IMG/VR virus record: IMGVR_UViG_3300032240_001667
Span: 1 to 64,000 of that record
Source of the DNA: a virus
Direction: 5' to 3' (one strand)
DNA: 64,000 nt
Shown: positions 24,183 to 34,734 of the stretch, piece by piece
How positions within the stretch are numbered: the stretch's first letter is position 1
Layout: each line of letters starts with the position of its first letter
Position numbers and translations under genes: made by a program
The notes under the pieces: generated by a model
Told to the model about the DNA's origin: nothing
The model's input: only the letters and a program-made list of their open reading frames with translations
Databases searched by the model: none

Positions 24183-26213
24183 ATGTCAGATTTTTTTAGT
24201 TTTAAACTTCCAGAAGATTTTGTAGAAAATTACAAAAACAAAGAAAATCCATTTGGTTTTAAAGATGCAGCAGAAAACTCACTTGGAGAAATTACTTTTA
24301 TTCGCACCTATTCTCGTGTAAAGGAAGATGGAACTAAAGAGCGTTGGCATGAAGTTTGTCGTCGTGTAATTGAGGGTATGTATTCAGTTCAGAAGAATCA
24401 TGCTAAAGAAAATCGTTTGCCATGGAATGATTACAAGGCTCAAAAATCAGCACAAGAAGCATTTCAAAGAATGTTTGAACTTAAGTGGACTCCGCCAGGA
24501 AGAGGTATGTGGACATTTGGAACTCCAATGACCATGGAAAAAAGAAATTCTGCAGCACTTCAAAATTGTGCCATGGTTTCTACCAAAGATCTTGACAAAA
24601 ATGATCCAGGAGCATTATTTGCTTGGGTTATGGATGCTCTTATGCTTGGCATTGGTGTTGGTTTTGATACAGTAGGACAGGAAAAGAATTTCTTAATCTA
24701 TACTCCCACAGAACCAGCAGCGATCTTTGATATTCCAGACACTCGTGAAGGTTGGGTAGAATCAGTTCGTATTTTGTTAAACTCTTATCTTCGTCAAAAT
24801 CAATCAATTCAAAAGTTTAACTATGACCTTATCCGTCCTCTAGGAGCACCAATTAAAGGCTTTGGAGGGGTCGCCAGCGGTCCAGCACCACTCATGCAAC
24901 TCCATGCACAGATCGAGAAAGTAATTGGCGGTAGAGCGGGAGAGACCCTAGATAGTCGTGCCATTACAGATATTATTAATCTTATTGGTACCTGTGTGGT
25001 ATCAGGAAATGTTCGTCGTTCTGCAACACTTGCTTTGGGTGCAGCAGGAGATGAAGATTTTATTAATCTTAAAAATGCTGAAGTATTCCCAGATCGTAAC
25101 TCATTTGATCCAGAAAACCCAGGATGGGCTTGGATGTCAAATAACTCAATTTCTGCAACAGTTGGAATGGACTATGAAAAGTACACCGATCTAATTGTTA
25201 ATAACGGAGAGCCAGGATTTATTTGGCTTGATGTTGCTCGTAACCATGGTCGTTTAGCAGATCCTGCAGATGGAAAAGACTACCGTGTTATGGGCTTCAA
25301 TCCTTGTGCGGAGCAGCCATTGGAGTCGTATGAACTTTGTACTCTTGTAGAAGTTCACTTAAATCGACATGAATCCAAGGAGGACTTCCTCAAGACATTG
25401 AAGTTTGCTTATCTTTATGGCAAGACTGTCACATTGCTTCCAACACATTGGCAGCAAACAAACGGTATTATGCAAAGAAATCGTAGAATTGGTACATCTC
25501 TTACAGGTATTGCATCATTTGCAGATCAAAAAGGTCTTCCAGCAGTCCGTGAGTGGATGGATGAAGGCTATCAAACAATTCGTAAATACGATCACTCTTA
25601 TTCTGAATGGCTATGTGTTCGTGAATCAATTCGAGTAACAACGGTTAAGCCATCGGGATCTGTTTCAATTCTTTCTGGTGCAACACCTGGAGTTCACTGG
25701 GGACCTGGAGGAGAATTCTTCCTACGTGCTGTAAGATTTGGTGATACAGATCCAATGCTACATTTGTTTAGAGCAGCCAACTATAATGTTGAAAAAGATG
25801 TTGTTTCAGCAAATACATCTGTTGTTTATTTTCCAATTAAGTCTGGACAAAAGCGTTCTGAAAAAGATGTAACATTATTTGAAAAAATTGCTCTTGCAGC
25901 AACTGCTCAAAAATACTGGTCAGATAATGGTGTTTCTGTAACACTTTCATTTGACAAGGAAACAGAGTCTAAGCATGTTGCTCCAGCACTTCACATGTAT
26001 GAAGGGCAACTAAAGGCTGTTTCATTCTTACCAATGGGAAATACTGTTTATCCGCAGCAACCATATACTCAAATTACTGAAGATCAATATACAAGTTATA
26101 TTGGTAAACTTAAGCACATTGACTTTAGTGCAATTTACGATGGTGTAGATAATTTGGAAGGATCTGGTGAAGCCTATTGCACTACAGATTATTGCGAAAT
26201 TAAAATTGGCTAG
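24183..26213 (+). CDS. nrdJ: Class II (adenosylcobalamin-dependent) ribonucleoside-triphosphate reductase
   Basis: PPGRG, LQNC, GNVRRSA, NPCAEQ, TTVKPSGSVS, C-terminal CTTDYC; no small subunit adjacent. Confidence 0.92.
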   Translation: MSDFFSFKLPEDFVENYKNKENPFGFKDAAENSLGEITFIRTYSRVKEDGTKERWHEVCRRVIEGMYSVQKNHAKENRLPWNDYKAQKSAQEAFQRMFELKWTPPGRGMWTFGTPMTMEKRNSAALQNCAMVSTKDLDKNDPGALFAWVMDALMLGIGVGFDTVGQEKNFLIYTPTEPAAIFDIPDTREGWVESVRILLNSYLRQNQSIQKFNYDLIRPLGAPIKGFGGVASGPAPLMQLHAQIEKVIGGRAGETLDSRAITDIINLIGTCVVSGNVRRSATLALGAAGDEDFINLKNAEVFPDRNSFDPENPGWAWMSNNSISATVGMDYEKYTDLIVNNGEPGFIWLDVARNHGRLADPADGKDYRVMGFNPCAEQPLESYELCTLVEVHLNRHESKEDFLKTLKFAYLYGKTVTLLPTHWQQTNGIMQRNRRIGTSLTGIASFADQKGLPAVREWMDEGYQTIRKYDHSYSEWLCVRESIRVTTVKPSGSVSILSGATPGVHWGPGGEFFLRAVRFGDTDPMLHLFRAANYNVEKDVVSANTSVVYFPIKSGQKRSEKDVTLFEKIALAATAQKYWSDNGVSVTLSFDKETESKHVAPALHMYEGQLKAVSFLPMGNTVYPQQPYTQITEDQYTSYIGKLKHIDFSAIYDGVDNLEGSGEAYCTTDYCEIKIG

Positions 26214-26235
26214 TTTATGGTAAAATAGAGTTATA

Positions 26236-29200
26236 ATGTCTACTCCATCTAACCTATATGCAGAAAAAGTTTTTTCCGAGCATCCAACTTCTTTGTGGGC
26301 TTTAGATGATGTAGCAGACTACATTTCTATTATATCTGAAGAGCAAAGATCTTTTGCAAGTTGGAATATTATCGGGGCAACAAAATCTATAATAAATTCA
26401 GATAGTAGTCCATTTTTAAATAGTGTAACAAATCAATTAACTGCAATTAAACCAGTTGGAGAAATTGGTCAAATAACTTGTGTAAGTCCAGATATTGTCA
26501 ATTTCTCTGATTTAAATCATTCTCTTAAAACATTTTCAATAGGAGGATATTTTTATTCTAATACTGCAGCAATTTCTAGTTTTGAAATTGGTTACGAGTA
26601 CTACGATGTTACTACAGGAACAGTTGTTCAAAAACTTAATCTTTTTAATTTGCCAATAAATAAAAAATGGGTGTTTCTTTCCGAAACTTTTGAAATTCCA
26701 AAAGATAATACAACAGCCAGAGTTGTTTTAAAAGTTAATTATTTTTATTCAGAAAACACTGAAGATGCGTATACATTTAACATAAATGGAATTACTTTTG
26801 GTCAGTGGTCAGAGGAATTTAATTCAACTTCTTTGGGTGTTCAAAAAACTTTAATACCAACTGGTATAGTATCAAATAGTAGTGAGTATGGAATACCAGC
26901 AGTTTCTTATGGACTTCAACAAAGCGTTGGCTATTATTTAGTTAACAACAATTCACTTGTTGCAAAAAATACTGGCATTCCATTGGTATATGGTGCATCT
27001 AGTATTACAAAACTTTCTCCAAATAATGGCAAGCCTTCTCTAATTATTCCTGGTCATGGTTTTTTACATGAAAATGGAAAATACAACAATTACACATTTG
27101 AAATGTGGCTAAGAGTAAATAATGACTCTTCAACCCCTAAAAGAATTTTTGGACCAATAGGATCTGAAAATGGAATTTATTTAGATGGACCATCTATTAT
27201 TTTAAAAATAGATAAATACATTGGAACATATTATGTTGGCGAATGGGGTAAGCCAATGCTGTTAAATATTATATATGGTAGCAATGGTGCAAGCATAGTA
27301 TTAAATGGAGAAAAGGTTTTATCTTTGCCATTTAATAGTTCTGACATATCTTTCACCTCAAACGCTATTGACTGGCTAGGGTTTTGGTCATATGAAGATG
27401 TTTCACCAATTGAGGTTGACTCTGTTGCAATTTATTCATATCAAGTTCCAGAAATAGTATCAAAAAGAAGATTTGTTTATGGACAAGGGGTGGAGTTTCC
27501 AGAAAATATTAATACTTCTTATAGTGGCTCTTCTGTTTTTATAGATTATCAATATGCAAATTATACAAACAACTATACATATCCAGATATTGGAAAATGG
27601 AATCAAGGTATAAAAAATAATTTAATTATTAAAAACAATATTCTATCAACTCCAGAATACACATTGCCATCTTTGATTTTGGAATCAGGAGACCCATCTG
27701 ATTTAACAAATATAATTTTTAATGATTCAGTGCAAACAGAAAAAGAAACATTTTTTACTTTTAAACCAAATAATTCTTGGACAAAAAATGGTTATCTTGT
27801 TTTTGATAATTTTAATTTTTTACAAGAGGAAATTAAAGCATTTTATGCCGTTATTAAAACATCAAAAGTTACAACTTCAGATGAAGTTTTGTTATACATA
27901 GAATCTCAAAGCACATCAAATTATTTTTCTATAGTTTTAAACGGTTCAAATATTGAATATAGATTGCATTATGGAAATAAAGATTATGTTGTTTATACTG
28001 CTACTGGTGTTACAGTTGGAGGAATTTTTCCAATAGGTTTGGATATTAATAAATTTGCAAATTATTTTGGACAAAATATTTTATCATTTTTTGGAAATAG
28101 AATAGATTTAAAGTTTTATATTGGTGGAAATAAAAAGTTTGATAAAAGTTTTCATGGAAAGTTTTATAAAGTAGGATTTTGTAATGCATCCAATCTTTCA
28201 GAAATACAAACATTTTTTAATGAAAGAGGTTGTGTTTTAGAATATGAAGATGTATTTTATTCTTACTTTGTTGAATCATTTTTTGATGCTGGACAATATA
28301 CAGGAATAAGTTCAAGTTATTGGTCGTCTACTCTGGATGGCGGTTCCCCATCTGAAATACAATCTACTAATCTTTTACAACATACATCAAGTTATACACT
28401 AATTACTAAAAAATATTTTAACTCATACTACTTTGATATTGCGGTAAAGTCTTCTTGGAAAGATTATTTGCCACTTACTTATTTTTCTGAATTAGTAAAA
28501 GATACAAATGGCGACTATTATTCGGACCTTGATTTTATTCAATTTAATATAGACTATCCATCGCCATCAAAATTTTTAGAAAAATCAACAAACCCTGTTC
28601 CGTGGAAATACGGAAGTCCAACTATTTTAGAAAATGGAGAAATTTTACCATCTTTGCTTGAAGAATACTCAAATCCAACACAAAAAACTTATTCTAATTT
28701 AGATAATAAACTTTATACAAAATTTAATAATTATGAAGATTTAAAAAATAAATCATTAAAATCTTATGTTTTTGATACATCAAATTCTTATGTTAAATCA
28801 TATGTTACTTTTGAATATATTTCAAATGGATCAAACTCAAATGATTTATATTTTACAAACATTGAAGCACCATCAAAAAATGGAATTGTGGATCCAAAAT
28901 TAAACTGGATAAACACAAAATATGAAGTAGTTGATAACATGATTATTTATCCACCATCTGATGACATAAAAGAATTATCTTTAGTTACAAGACTTGAATT
29001 TTTGGTAGATGGAATATTAACTCATAAAGTAAATGTTAAAACGCTAGAGTATGCCTCTCAAGCATTCAATGATTCATCACCTAATCCTGTTGGAACAAAG
29101 TTTGGAACTCCTATATATCCATATAAAAAATCTGGATACTATTACAACTATAAAGACAAAAACCCTTTTACAATTTATAAAAAAAGCACTCCTTATTTAT

Positions 29201-29946
29201 TTTTAAGCAGGTTTAGTGGTATAACTTTAAGGGGAGAGGAAAGTCAATCAGTAGATCGTGGACTTATGATTCCTATAAATCAAACATTGGCAGAAAATTA
29301 TAAAGTAATGGCAATGCAGGCAGCAATAAGATATGACCAAGATTTCTTTCCTTATGATCCAATTAAAATTTTTGAAATTGAATCAAAAGATCAGCATATA
29401 AAATTTTATTCTATTGCAAATAGTTCTGATGGAAATAGAGCAAAAATTTATGCAATAAATGCAAAAACTGGAAAACTTGAAAATGGCATTGCATTTTATT
29501 GGAATGGCAAACTAGTAAAAGAACCAATCATAACAATAAAAGAGTGGGGCTTTTTGGGAATATCTTTTTCTAATATTCTTGATTTTAAATATACAACAGG
29601 ATCTATTAAGATAACTGGACCAATTACATTTAATACAATTTCTTATTATCAAACTACAACTTTACAAGAAGTTCAACAAATAACAACTAGACCTTGGTTT
29701 AAGATTAAATATCAAGATTTTAATCCTTTAAATTGGAATTTTTGGAGTCCAGCATATAACTGGCAAAATGTTTTGGTTATATCTACAAAAAGTTATTATG
29801 GGGTAGAGCCAGACACTATTTATAATAGTTATGTAGGAACCAACAAAATTATCATTGATGACAGTAAAGTGTTTAAACTTGGTGGTTATGAGTACAACTT
29901 TTATCAAGATGCGTCATGGCAACAAAATACCGTAAGTGCTATCTAA
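26236..29946 (+). CDS. Large virion structural / minor tail protein (ConA/LamG-like beta domains)
   Basis: EHPTSLWALDD N-terminus; YTFEMWLR; 1236 aa. Confidence 0.6.
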   Translation: MSTPSNLYAEKVFSEHPTSLWALDDVADYISIISEEQRSFASWNIIGATKSIINSDSSPFLNSVTNQLTAIKPVGEIGQITCVSPDIVNFSDLNHSLKTFSIGGYFYSNTAAISSFEIGYEYYDVTTGTVVQKLNLFNLPINKKWVFLSETFEIPKDNTTARVVLKVNYFYSENTEDAYTFNINGITFGQWSEEFNSTSLGVQKTLIPTGIVSNSSEYGIPAVSYGLQQSVGYYLVNNNSLVAKNTGIPLVYGASSITKLSPNNGKPSLIIPGHGFLHENGKYNNYTFEMWLRVNNDSSTPKRIFGPIGSENGIYLDGPSIILKIDKYIGTYYVGEWGKPMLLNIIYGSNGASIVLNGEKVLSLPFNSSDISFTSNAIDWLGFWSYEDVSPIEVDSVAIYSYQVPEIVSKRRFVYGQGVEFPENINTSYSGSSVFIDYQYANYTNNYTYPDIGKWNQGIKNNLIIKNNILSTPEYTLPSLILESGDPSDLTNIIFNDSVQTEKETFFTFKPNNSWTKNGYLVFDNFNFLQEEIKAFYAVIKTSKVTTSDEVLLYIESQSTSNYFSIVLNGSNIEYRLHYGNKDYVVYTATGVTVGGIFPIGLDINKFANYFGQNILSFFGNRIDLKFYIGGNKKFDKSFHGKFYKVGFCNASNLSEIQTFFNERGCVLEYEDVFYSYFVESFFDAGQYTGISSSYWSSTLDGGSPSEIQSTNLLQHTSSYTLITKKYFNSYYFDIAVKSSWKDYLPLTYFSELVKDTNGDYYSDLDFIQFNIDYPSPSKFLEKSTNPVPWKYGSPTILENGEILPSLLEEYSNPTQKTYSNLDNKLYTKFNNYEDLKNKSLKSYVFDTSNSYVKSYVTFEYISNGSNSNDLYFTNIEAPSKNGIVDPKLNWINTKYEVVDNMIIYPPSDDIKELSLVTRLEFLVDGILTHKVNVKTLEYASQAFNDSSPNPVGTKFGTPIYPYKKSGYYYNYKDKNPFTIYKKSTPYLFLSRFSGITLRGEESQSVDRGLMIPINQTLAENYKVMAMQAAIRYDQDFFPYDPIKIFEIESKDQHIKFYSIANSSDGNRAKIYAINAKTGKLENGIAFYWNGKLVKEPIITIKEWGFLGISFSNILDFKYTTGSIKITGPITFNTISYYQTTTLQEVQQITTRPWFKIKYQDFNPLNWNFWSPAYNWQNVLVISTKSYYGVEPDTIYNSYVGTNKIIIDDSKVFKLGGYEYNFYQDASWQQNTVSAI

Positions 29947-29964
29947 TATGGTATACTGGTGGTT

Positions 29965-30369
29965 ATGAATATAGAAAATACAAAGAAAAACAGTAAACCG
30001 CTTCCCAAAATGAAAGGGCAAGTTGGTGAGTCCCGTGCAAAGATTATTGAAAAGCATTATGACTGGGGTCTATACGTTTATAAAAAGTCTAATGGAAAAT
30101 GGTTTACAGATGGAACTGGGTCAGTTTTAAACATCGAGTCCATGAAGGGTGATATTTTACAGATTGCAAAATTAAAACAAGCAGCAAAATATTATGGTGA
30201 TGAAGGCGATGGAGAATGTGTATTTGTTCCAGGACTTACAAGAATTACAGAAGAAGAATATTCAGAACAAAAAGAAAGACTTGCAGAAGGACTTATCCCA
30301 TCAATGAATGATCTTGGTGCTTGGAAGGCTGCACAGGATACATATAAGAAATATGGAAGTGATGAATAA
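29965..30369 (+). CDS. Conserved hypothetical protein upstream of the portal
   Basis: ORF track; TGGTATACT upstream. Confidence 0.7.
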   Translation: MNIENTKKNSKPLPKMKGQVGESRAKIIEKHYDWGLYVYKKSNGKWFTDGTGSVLNIESMKGDILQIAKLKQAAKYYGDEGDGECVFVPGLTRITEEEYSEQKERLAEGLIPSMNDLGAWKAAQDTYKKYGSDE

Positions 30370-31985
30370 TGTCAGTTGATAAAGAATACAGGGTTCCAGC
30401 AAGAATTGATGATTTACCAGAAATAGATGATACCTTTATTAAACAAGACCCTTTTAATAAAAGTTGGGATGATTTAAAAACATTTGAAGGTTTGGAAAAT
30501 AACTTTAAAAGAAGAGCAGCAAGAATGTCTAAGGTTGATGCCCCTCAATCATACATTGATAATGCTAGGGCAGAAAGCACTGGTATTGGTGGAGCAAAAT
30601 CAAAAGAGATTAATCCAGGCTTAATCTATAGAAATGGTTACGGCTTATTTGATGTTATAACTCCTCCATGGAATTTATATGAACTTGCAAATTATTATGA
30701 TACATCTTTTGCAAATCATGCTGCAATCGATGCTAAGGTAGAAAACATTGTTGGGTTAGGTTATGACTTTGAGGTTTCTTCAAGAACCATGTTAAAACTA
30801 GAATCATCATCTGATACAAATGCAGTTGATCGTGCTAGAAAAAGAATTGAAAGAGCAAAAATAGAAGTGCGTGATTGGTTAGAATCTTTAAACCAAGAAG
30901 ATTCTTTTACTGCTTCTATGGAAAAAGTTTTTACAGATTTACAGGCAACTGGTAATGGGTATTTAGAAATTGGAAGAACTATTAAGGGCGACATTGGATA
31001 TGTTGGACATATACCGTCAACAACAATAAGAGTTCGAAGATTGCGTGACGGCTTTGTTCAAGTTATTGCAAATAAGGTTGTTTACTTTAGAAATTTTGGG
31101 GCAACTAATGCAAACCCATTAGGAACAGATAATAGACCAAACGAACTTATTCATTTCAAATCATATTCACCATTAAATACATTTTATGGAGTTCCAGATA
31201 TTTTATCTGCAATAAATTCACTTTATGGCGATGCTCTTGCTTCACAATACAACATTGATTATTTTAGCAATAAAGCAGTTCCAAGATATGTTGTAACACT
31301 CAAGGGTGCCACCTTATCACAACAAGCAGAAGATAAACTTTTTAGATTCTTGCAAACTGGTTTAAAGGGGCAAAATCATAGAACTCTTTATATTCCTCTA
31401 CCTGCAGACAACGATACTAACAAAGTAGAATTTGATATGAAGCCAATTGAAAATGGAATTCAAGAAGGATCATTTAAAGAATATCGTAAACAAAATCGTG
31501 ATGATATTTTGGTTGCTCATCAAGTTCCTCTTTCAAAATTAGGTGGATCAGATTCTGCTGCAATAGCAGCAGCACTTGCACAAGATAGAACATTTAAAGA
31601 ACAAGTTGCAAGACCAGCACAAGATAAAATGAATAAAATAATTAATAAAATTATTCGTGAAAAAACAGATATATTAGATTTTAAATTTAATGAACTTACA
31701 CTTACTGATGAAATTGCTCAATCTCAAATTCTGGAACGCTATGTTAAAAATCAAATAATGTTGCCAAACGAAGCAAGAACTATTTTGGGCATGCCACAAA
31801 GAGAAGGCGGAGATCAACCATTAACTGTAAAACCAGAAAATACAAATAATGATGCTAATCGTGCCAGAGATGGGCAAAGATTAAATAATCAATCCGATGG
31901 GCCTGCAACACTTGCAGGAAGAAATCCAAAAGGAGAAGGAAGAAAATATGATGAAGTTGACAGTATTGCCGAATTGTCCGAATAG
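30369..31985 (+). CDS. Portal protein
   Basis: HAAIDAK, TGNGYLEI, NELIHFK, FYGVPD, AHQVP, PNEAR motifs. Confidence 0.92.
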   Translation: MSVDKEYRVPARIDDLPEIDDTFIKQDPFNKSWDDLKTFEGLENNFKRRAARMSKVDAPQSYIDNARAESTGIGGAKSKEINPGLIYRNGYGLFDVITPPWNLYELANYYDTSFANHAAIDAKVENIVGLGYDFEVSSRTMLKLESSSDTNAVDRARKRIERAKIEVRDWLESLNQEDSFTASMEKVFTDLQATGNGYLEIGRTIKGDIGYVGHIPSTTIRVRRLRDGFVQVIANKVVYFRNFGATNANPLGTDNRPNELIHFKSYSPLNTFYGVPDILSAINSLYGDALASQYNIDYFSNKAVPRYVVTLKGATLSQQAEDKLFRFLQTGLKGQNHRTLYIPLPADNDTNKVEFDMKPIENGIQEGSFKEYRKQNRDDILVAHQVPLSKLGGSDSAAIAAALAQDRTFKEQVARPAQDKMNKIINKIIREKTDILDFKFNELTLTDEIAQSQILERYVKNQIMLPNEARTILGMPQREGGDQPLTVKPENTNNDANRARDGQRLNNQSDGPATLAGRNPKGEGRKYDEVDSIAELSE

Positions 31986-32024
31986 TGATACTTTTGTAAA
32001 AAAGGGCTTATAATATATAATACG

Positions 32025-33461
32025 ATGACTATATCAAAAGCCCATTGGAATTCAGAGGGTGAGAACCTTCGTCTTTCCATGCCATTTAGCAAGGTAGATA
32101 AAGAAAGACGCACAGTCTCAGGTTTTGCGTCCCTAGATAATTTAGACAAGCAAATGGATATTGTCACAGCAGAAGCGTCTATGCAAGCATTTGCAAAGTT
32201 CCGTGGAAATATTAGAGAAATGCATCAACCATCAGCAGTTGGCAAAATGGTTAATTTTAAAGAAGATAAGTATTTTGATCCAGAAGCAAAAAAGTTTTAT
32301 AAGGGTGTTTATGTTTCTGCTTATATTTCAAAGGGTGCACAAGATGCATGGGAAAAAGTTTTAGATGGAACTTACACTGGTTTTTCAATCGGTGGAAAAA
32401 TGAATAAGTGGGATGACGCATATGATGAAAAGTCAGATTCACAAATTAGAATTATTAAAGAATATGATTTGGTAGAGTTGAGTCTTGTAGATTCACCAGC
32501 AAATCAATTTGCAAACATTGTTTCAGTAGAAAAGGTAGATGGTGTTGATATGGTTAAAGGCGATCAAACTGTTATAGAAAATGTTTTTTGGGATAAGCAG
32601 TCAGGAATTGTAACGGTATCAGAAAATGAATCAGAAATTAGTCCAGTATCTGGTGAACTAATGCAAAATATAGGGTTCGTTGAAAAAACGGATAGCGAAA
32701 AAATAAACATGATAAAATTCTTAGTTGATAGTGCTAAAGGCATTAATACTTCTAAGATTAACAAGGAGGTTAGTCCTATGACAGAAAATACAAATACAGT
32801 TGCGGAAGCAACAAAGTCAGAAGTCGCTCCAAAGGCAGATAACACTAATGAGGTTTTGAAGGCTTCAACATGTCCAGATTGTGGAATGTCTATGGACGCC
32901 TGCAAGTGCGATATGAAGGCTATGAAAAGCCCAGTAAAGGATGAAGCAGAATCTGCTGCTATGGCAGCAAAAGAAACTCCAGCAGACGAAGAAGCAGAAG
33001 CAAAAAAGGCTATGAAGCCAGTTGCAGATGAACAAGAGTCCGCTGCAGAAGCCGCTGCAGAAACCCCAGCAGATGAAGAAGCAGAGGCTAAGAAAAAGCC
33101 AATGTCTTCAAAATCAGACGAAGTAATTGTTGAGTCACTTGCTGAAATCAAGAATACTCTAACATCAGCCTTTAGCGATTTAGTATCAACAGTAAAGTCC
33201 CTACAAGCCGAAGTGGAATCACTTAAGGTTTCTAAGGTAGACGTAGATACAGTAAAAAGTTCATTTGATGCAGTTGCAAAAGATATTGCAGCAGTATCAA
33301 CTGGATTTAATGAGTTTGGAAAGAGAGTAGATGCTGTGGAAGCAGATACCGCTTTTCGAAAGTCTGGCGATCTCGGCGAGATTGTACAGGATCAGCCTGA
33401 AATGGTTGAAAAATCCCTATGGGGCGGTAGTTTCCTCAAAACAGCCGATCTATTAAATTAG
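32025..33461 (+). CDS. Prohead protease (HK97-like) fused to a scaffold domain
   Basis: REMH, GFSIGG, ELSLVDSPAN; acidic/coiled-coil C-terminal half. Confidence 0.88.
   Translation: MTISKAHWNSEGENLRLSMPFSKVDKERRTVSGFASLDNLDKQMDIVTAEASMQAFAKFRGNIREMHQPSAVGKMVNFKEDKYFDPEAKKFYKGVYVSAYISKGAQDAWEKVLDGTYTGFSIGGKMNKWDDAYDEKSDSQIRIIKEYDLVELSLVDSPANQFANIVSVEKVDGVDMVKGDQTVIENVFWDKQSGIVTVSENESEISPVSGELMQNIGFVEKTDSEKINMIKFLVDSAKGINTSKINKEVSPMTENTNTVAEATKSEVAPKADNTNEVLKASTCPDCGMSMDACKCDMKAMKSPVKDEAESAAMAAKETPADEEAEAKKAMKPVADEQESAAEAAAETPADEEAEAKKKPMSSKSDEVIVESLAEIKNTLTSAFSDLVSTVKSLQAEVESLKVSKVDVDTVKSSFDAVAKDIAAVSTGFNEFGKRVDAVEADTAFRKSGDLGEIVQDQPEMVEKSLWGGSFLKTADLLN
32778..33461 (+). CDS. Nested in-frame scaffold protein
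   Basis: Internal AAGGAGGT RBS 7 nt before the in-frame ATG at 32778. Confidence 0.6.
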   Translation: MTENTNTVAEATKSEVAPKADNTNEVLKASTCPDCGMSMDACKCDMKAMKSPVKDEAESAAMAAKETPADEEAEAKKAMKPVADEQESAAEAAAETPADEEAEAKKKPMSSKSDEVIVESLAEIKNTLTSAFSDLVSTVKSLQAEVESLKVSKVDVDTVKSSFDAVAKDIAAVSTGFNEFGKRVDAVEADTAFRKSGDLGEIVQDQPEMVEKSLWGGSFLKTADLLN

Positions 33462-33483
33462 AAAATCACTAGGAGGTGACAAT

Positions 33484-34644
33484 ATGTCGGAACAAAATAC
33501 AGAAATCGTAAAGAACCAACCAGGTACCACAGGTACAGGGCACATTGGAGGAACTGAGCCAGGACTCTACCAGGGTCAAGGTGCATTTGCTTCAGGTTCT
33601 AATGCAGGAGTAAACGTACCAGGTAACTACCTTAACGGTGCAGTACTCGGAAACATCCCTGCAGCAAATCTAGGTCTAACAGATGGACCAAACGCAGTAA
33701 ATCCTTCAGGTGAGGCTGGAAGCGGAATTCTTCGCCCAGAGCAGGCACGTCGTTTTATTGACTACGTGTGGGATGCTACAATCCTCGCCCAAGATGGCCG
33801 TCGTGTTACTATGAGAGCCAATACAATGGAACTCGAAAAGGTAAACGTCGGAGAGCGTGTTATCCGTGCAGCAGCACAAGCACTCGGAGATTACACAAAC
33901 GCAGGAGCAACATTTTCAAAGGTTGAATTGACTACCAAGAAGATTCGTCTTGATTGGGAAGTTTCTGCAGAAGCACTAGAAGATAATATCGAAGGTGCAG
34001 CACTTGAAGATCACATCGTACGTTTAATGACAAATGCTTTCGGTAATGATATCGAAGATCTTGCTATTAACGGAGATGGAGCAACAGGTAACTTCTTGTC
34101 AATCATGAATGGTTTCGTAAACCATGTTAAGACTGACGGAAATGCTCACGAAGCAGTAGTTACAGTTACAAATAGCAACTGGACAACTGATGCAATGCAG
34201 AAGATCATTCTTGCAATGCCACGTAAGTATCGTGCACTTAAGAACAACCTAAAGTTCTATGCTGGTACAGATGCATTCCAAGGAATTGTTAAGAACAACG
34301 GTACTCTTGCAGACGCAATTGCAGAGTCTTTTGGTCAATTAATTCCAGGAAGCACACAAGCAAACCGTCAACAATATCTTGACGGAACTGCACAGACATT
34401 CGGTGGAGCACGTACAACTCGTGTTCTCGGAATTGACGTACAAGAAGTTCCTTACTATCCTGCAGGTTATGTAGATCTTACATTCCCTCAGAACCGTGTA
34501 TGGGGCTTCCAGCGTGACATCACTGTTAACCGTGAGTACAAGCCAAAGAAGGACACTGTAGAATATACAGTCTTCGTTCGCTTCGGTATTCAATGGGAAG
34601 AACAAGATGCAATTGCTTGGGCCGATGCTGCAGCAGATGCATAA
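33484..34644 (+). CDS. Major capsid protein (HK97 fold)
   Basis: GILRPEQARRFID, LEDNIEG, EDLAINGD; strong RBS; position after the protease. Confidence 0.9.
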   Translation: MSEQNTEIVKNQPGTTGTGHIGGTEPGLYQGQGAFASGSNAGVNVPGNYLNGAVLGNIPAANLGLTDGPNAVNPSGEAGSGILRPEQARRFIDYVWDATILAQDGRRVTMRANTMELEKVNVGERVIRAAAQALGDYTNAGATFSKVELTTKKIRLDWEVSAEALEDNIEGAALEDHIVRLMTNAFGNDIEDLAINGDGATGNFLSIMNGFVNHVKTDGNAHEAVVTVTNSNWTTDAMQKIILAMPRKYRALKNNLKFYAGTDAFQGIVKNNGTLADAIAESFGQLIPGSTQANRQQYLDGTAQTFGGARTTRVLGIDVQEVPYYPAGYVDLTFPQNRVWGFQRDITVNREYKPKKDTVEYTVFVRFGIQWEEQDAIAWADAAADA

Positions 34645-34663
34645 TCTGTAAACAGTAAAATTT

Positions 34664-34699
34664 AGGGGGAGTAGGAGTTAATTCTCCTGCTCCCCTTAT
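34664..34699 (+). terminator. Strong hairpin after the capsid gene
   Basis: GGGGAGTAGGAG / CTCCTGCTCCCC stem; weak U tail. Confidence 0.7.
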
Positions 34700-34734
34700 C
34701 ACTTATAATGATATAATACTACAAGGAGGTAATT

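Noticed and set aside
26236-30369. Terminase upstream of the portal
   Set aside because: Neither ORF has Walker A/B or nuclease motifs, so the terminase must lie outside the window.
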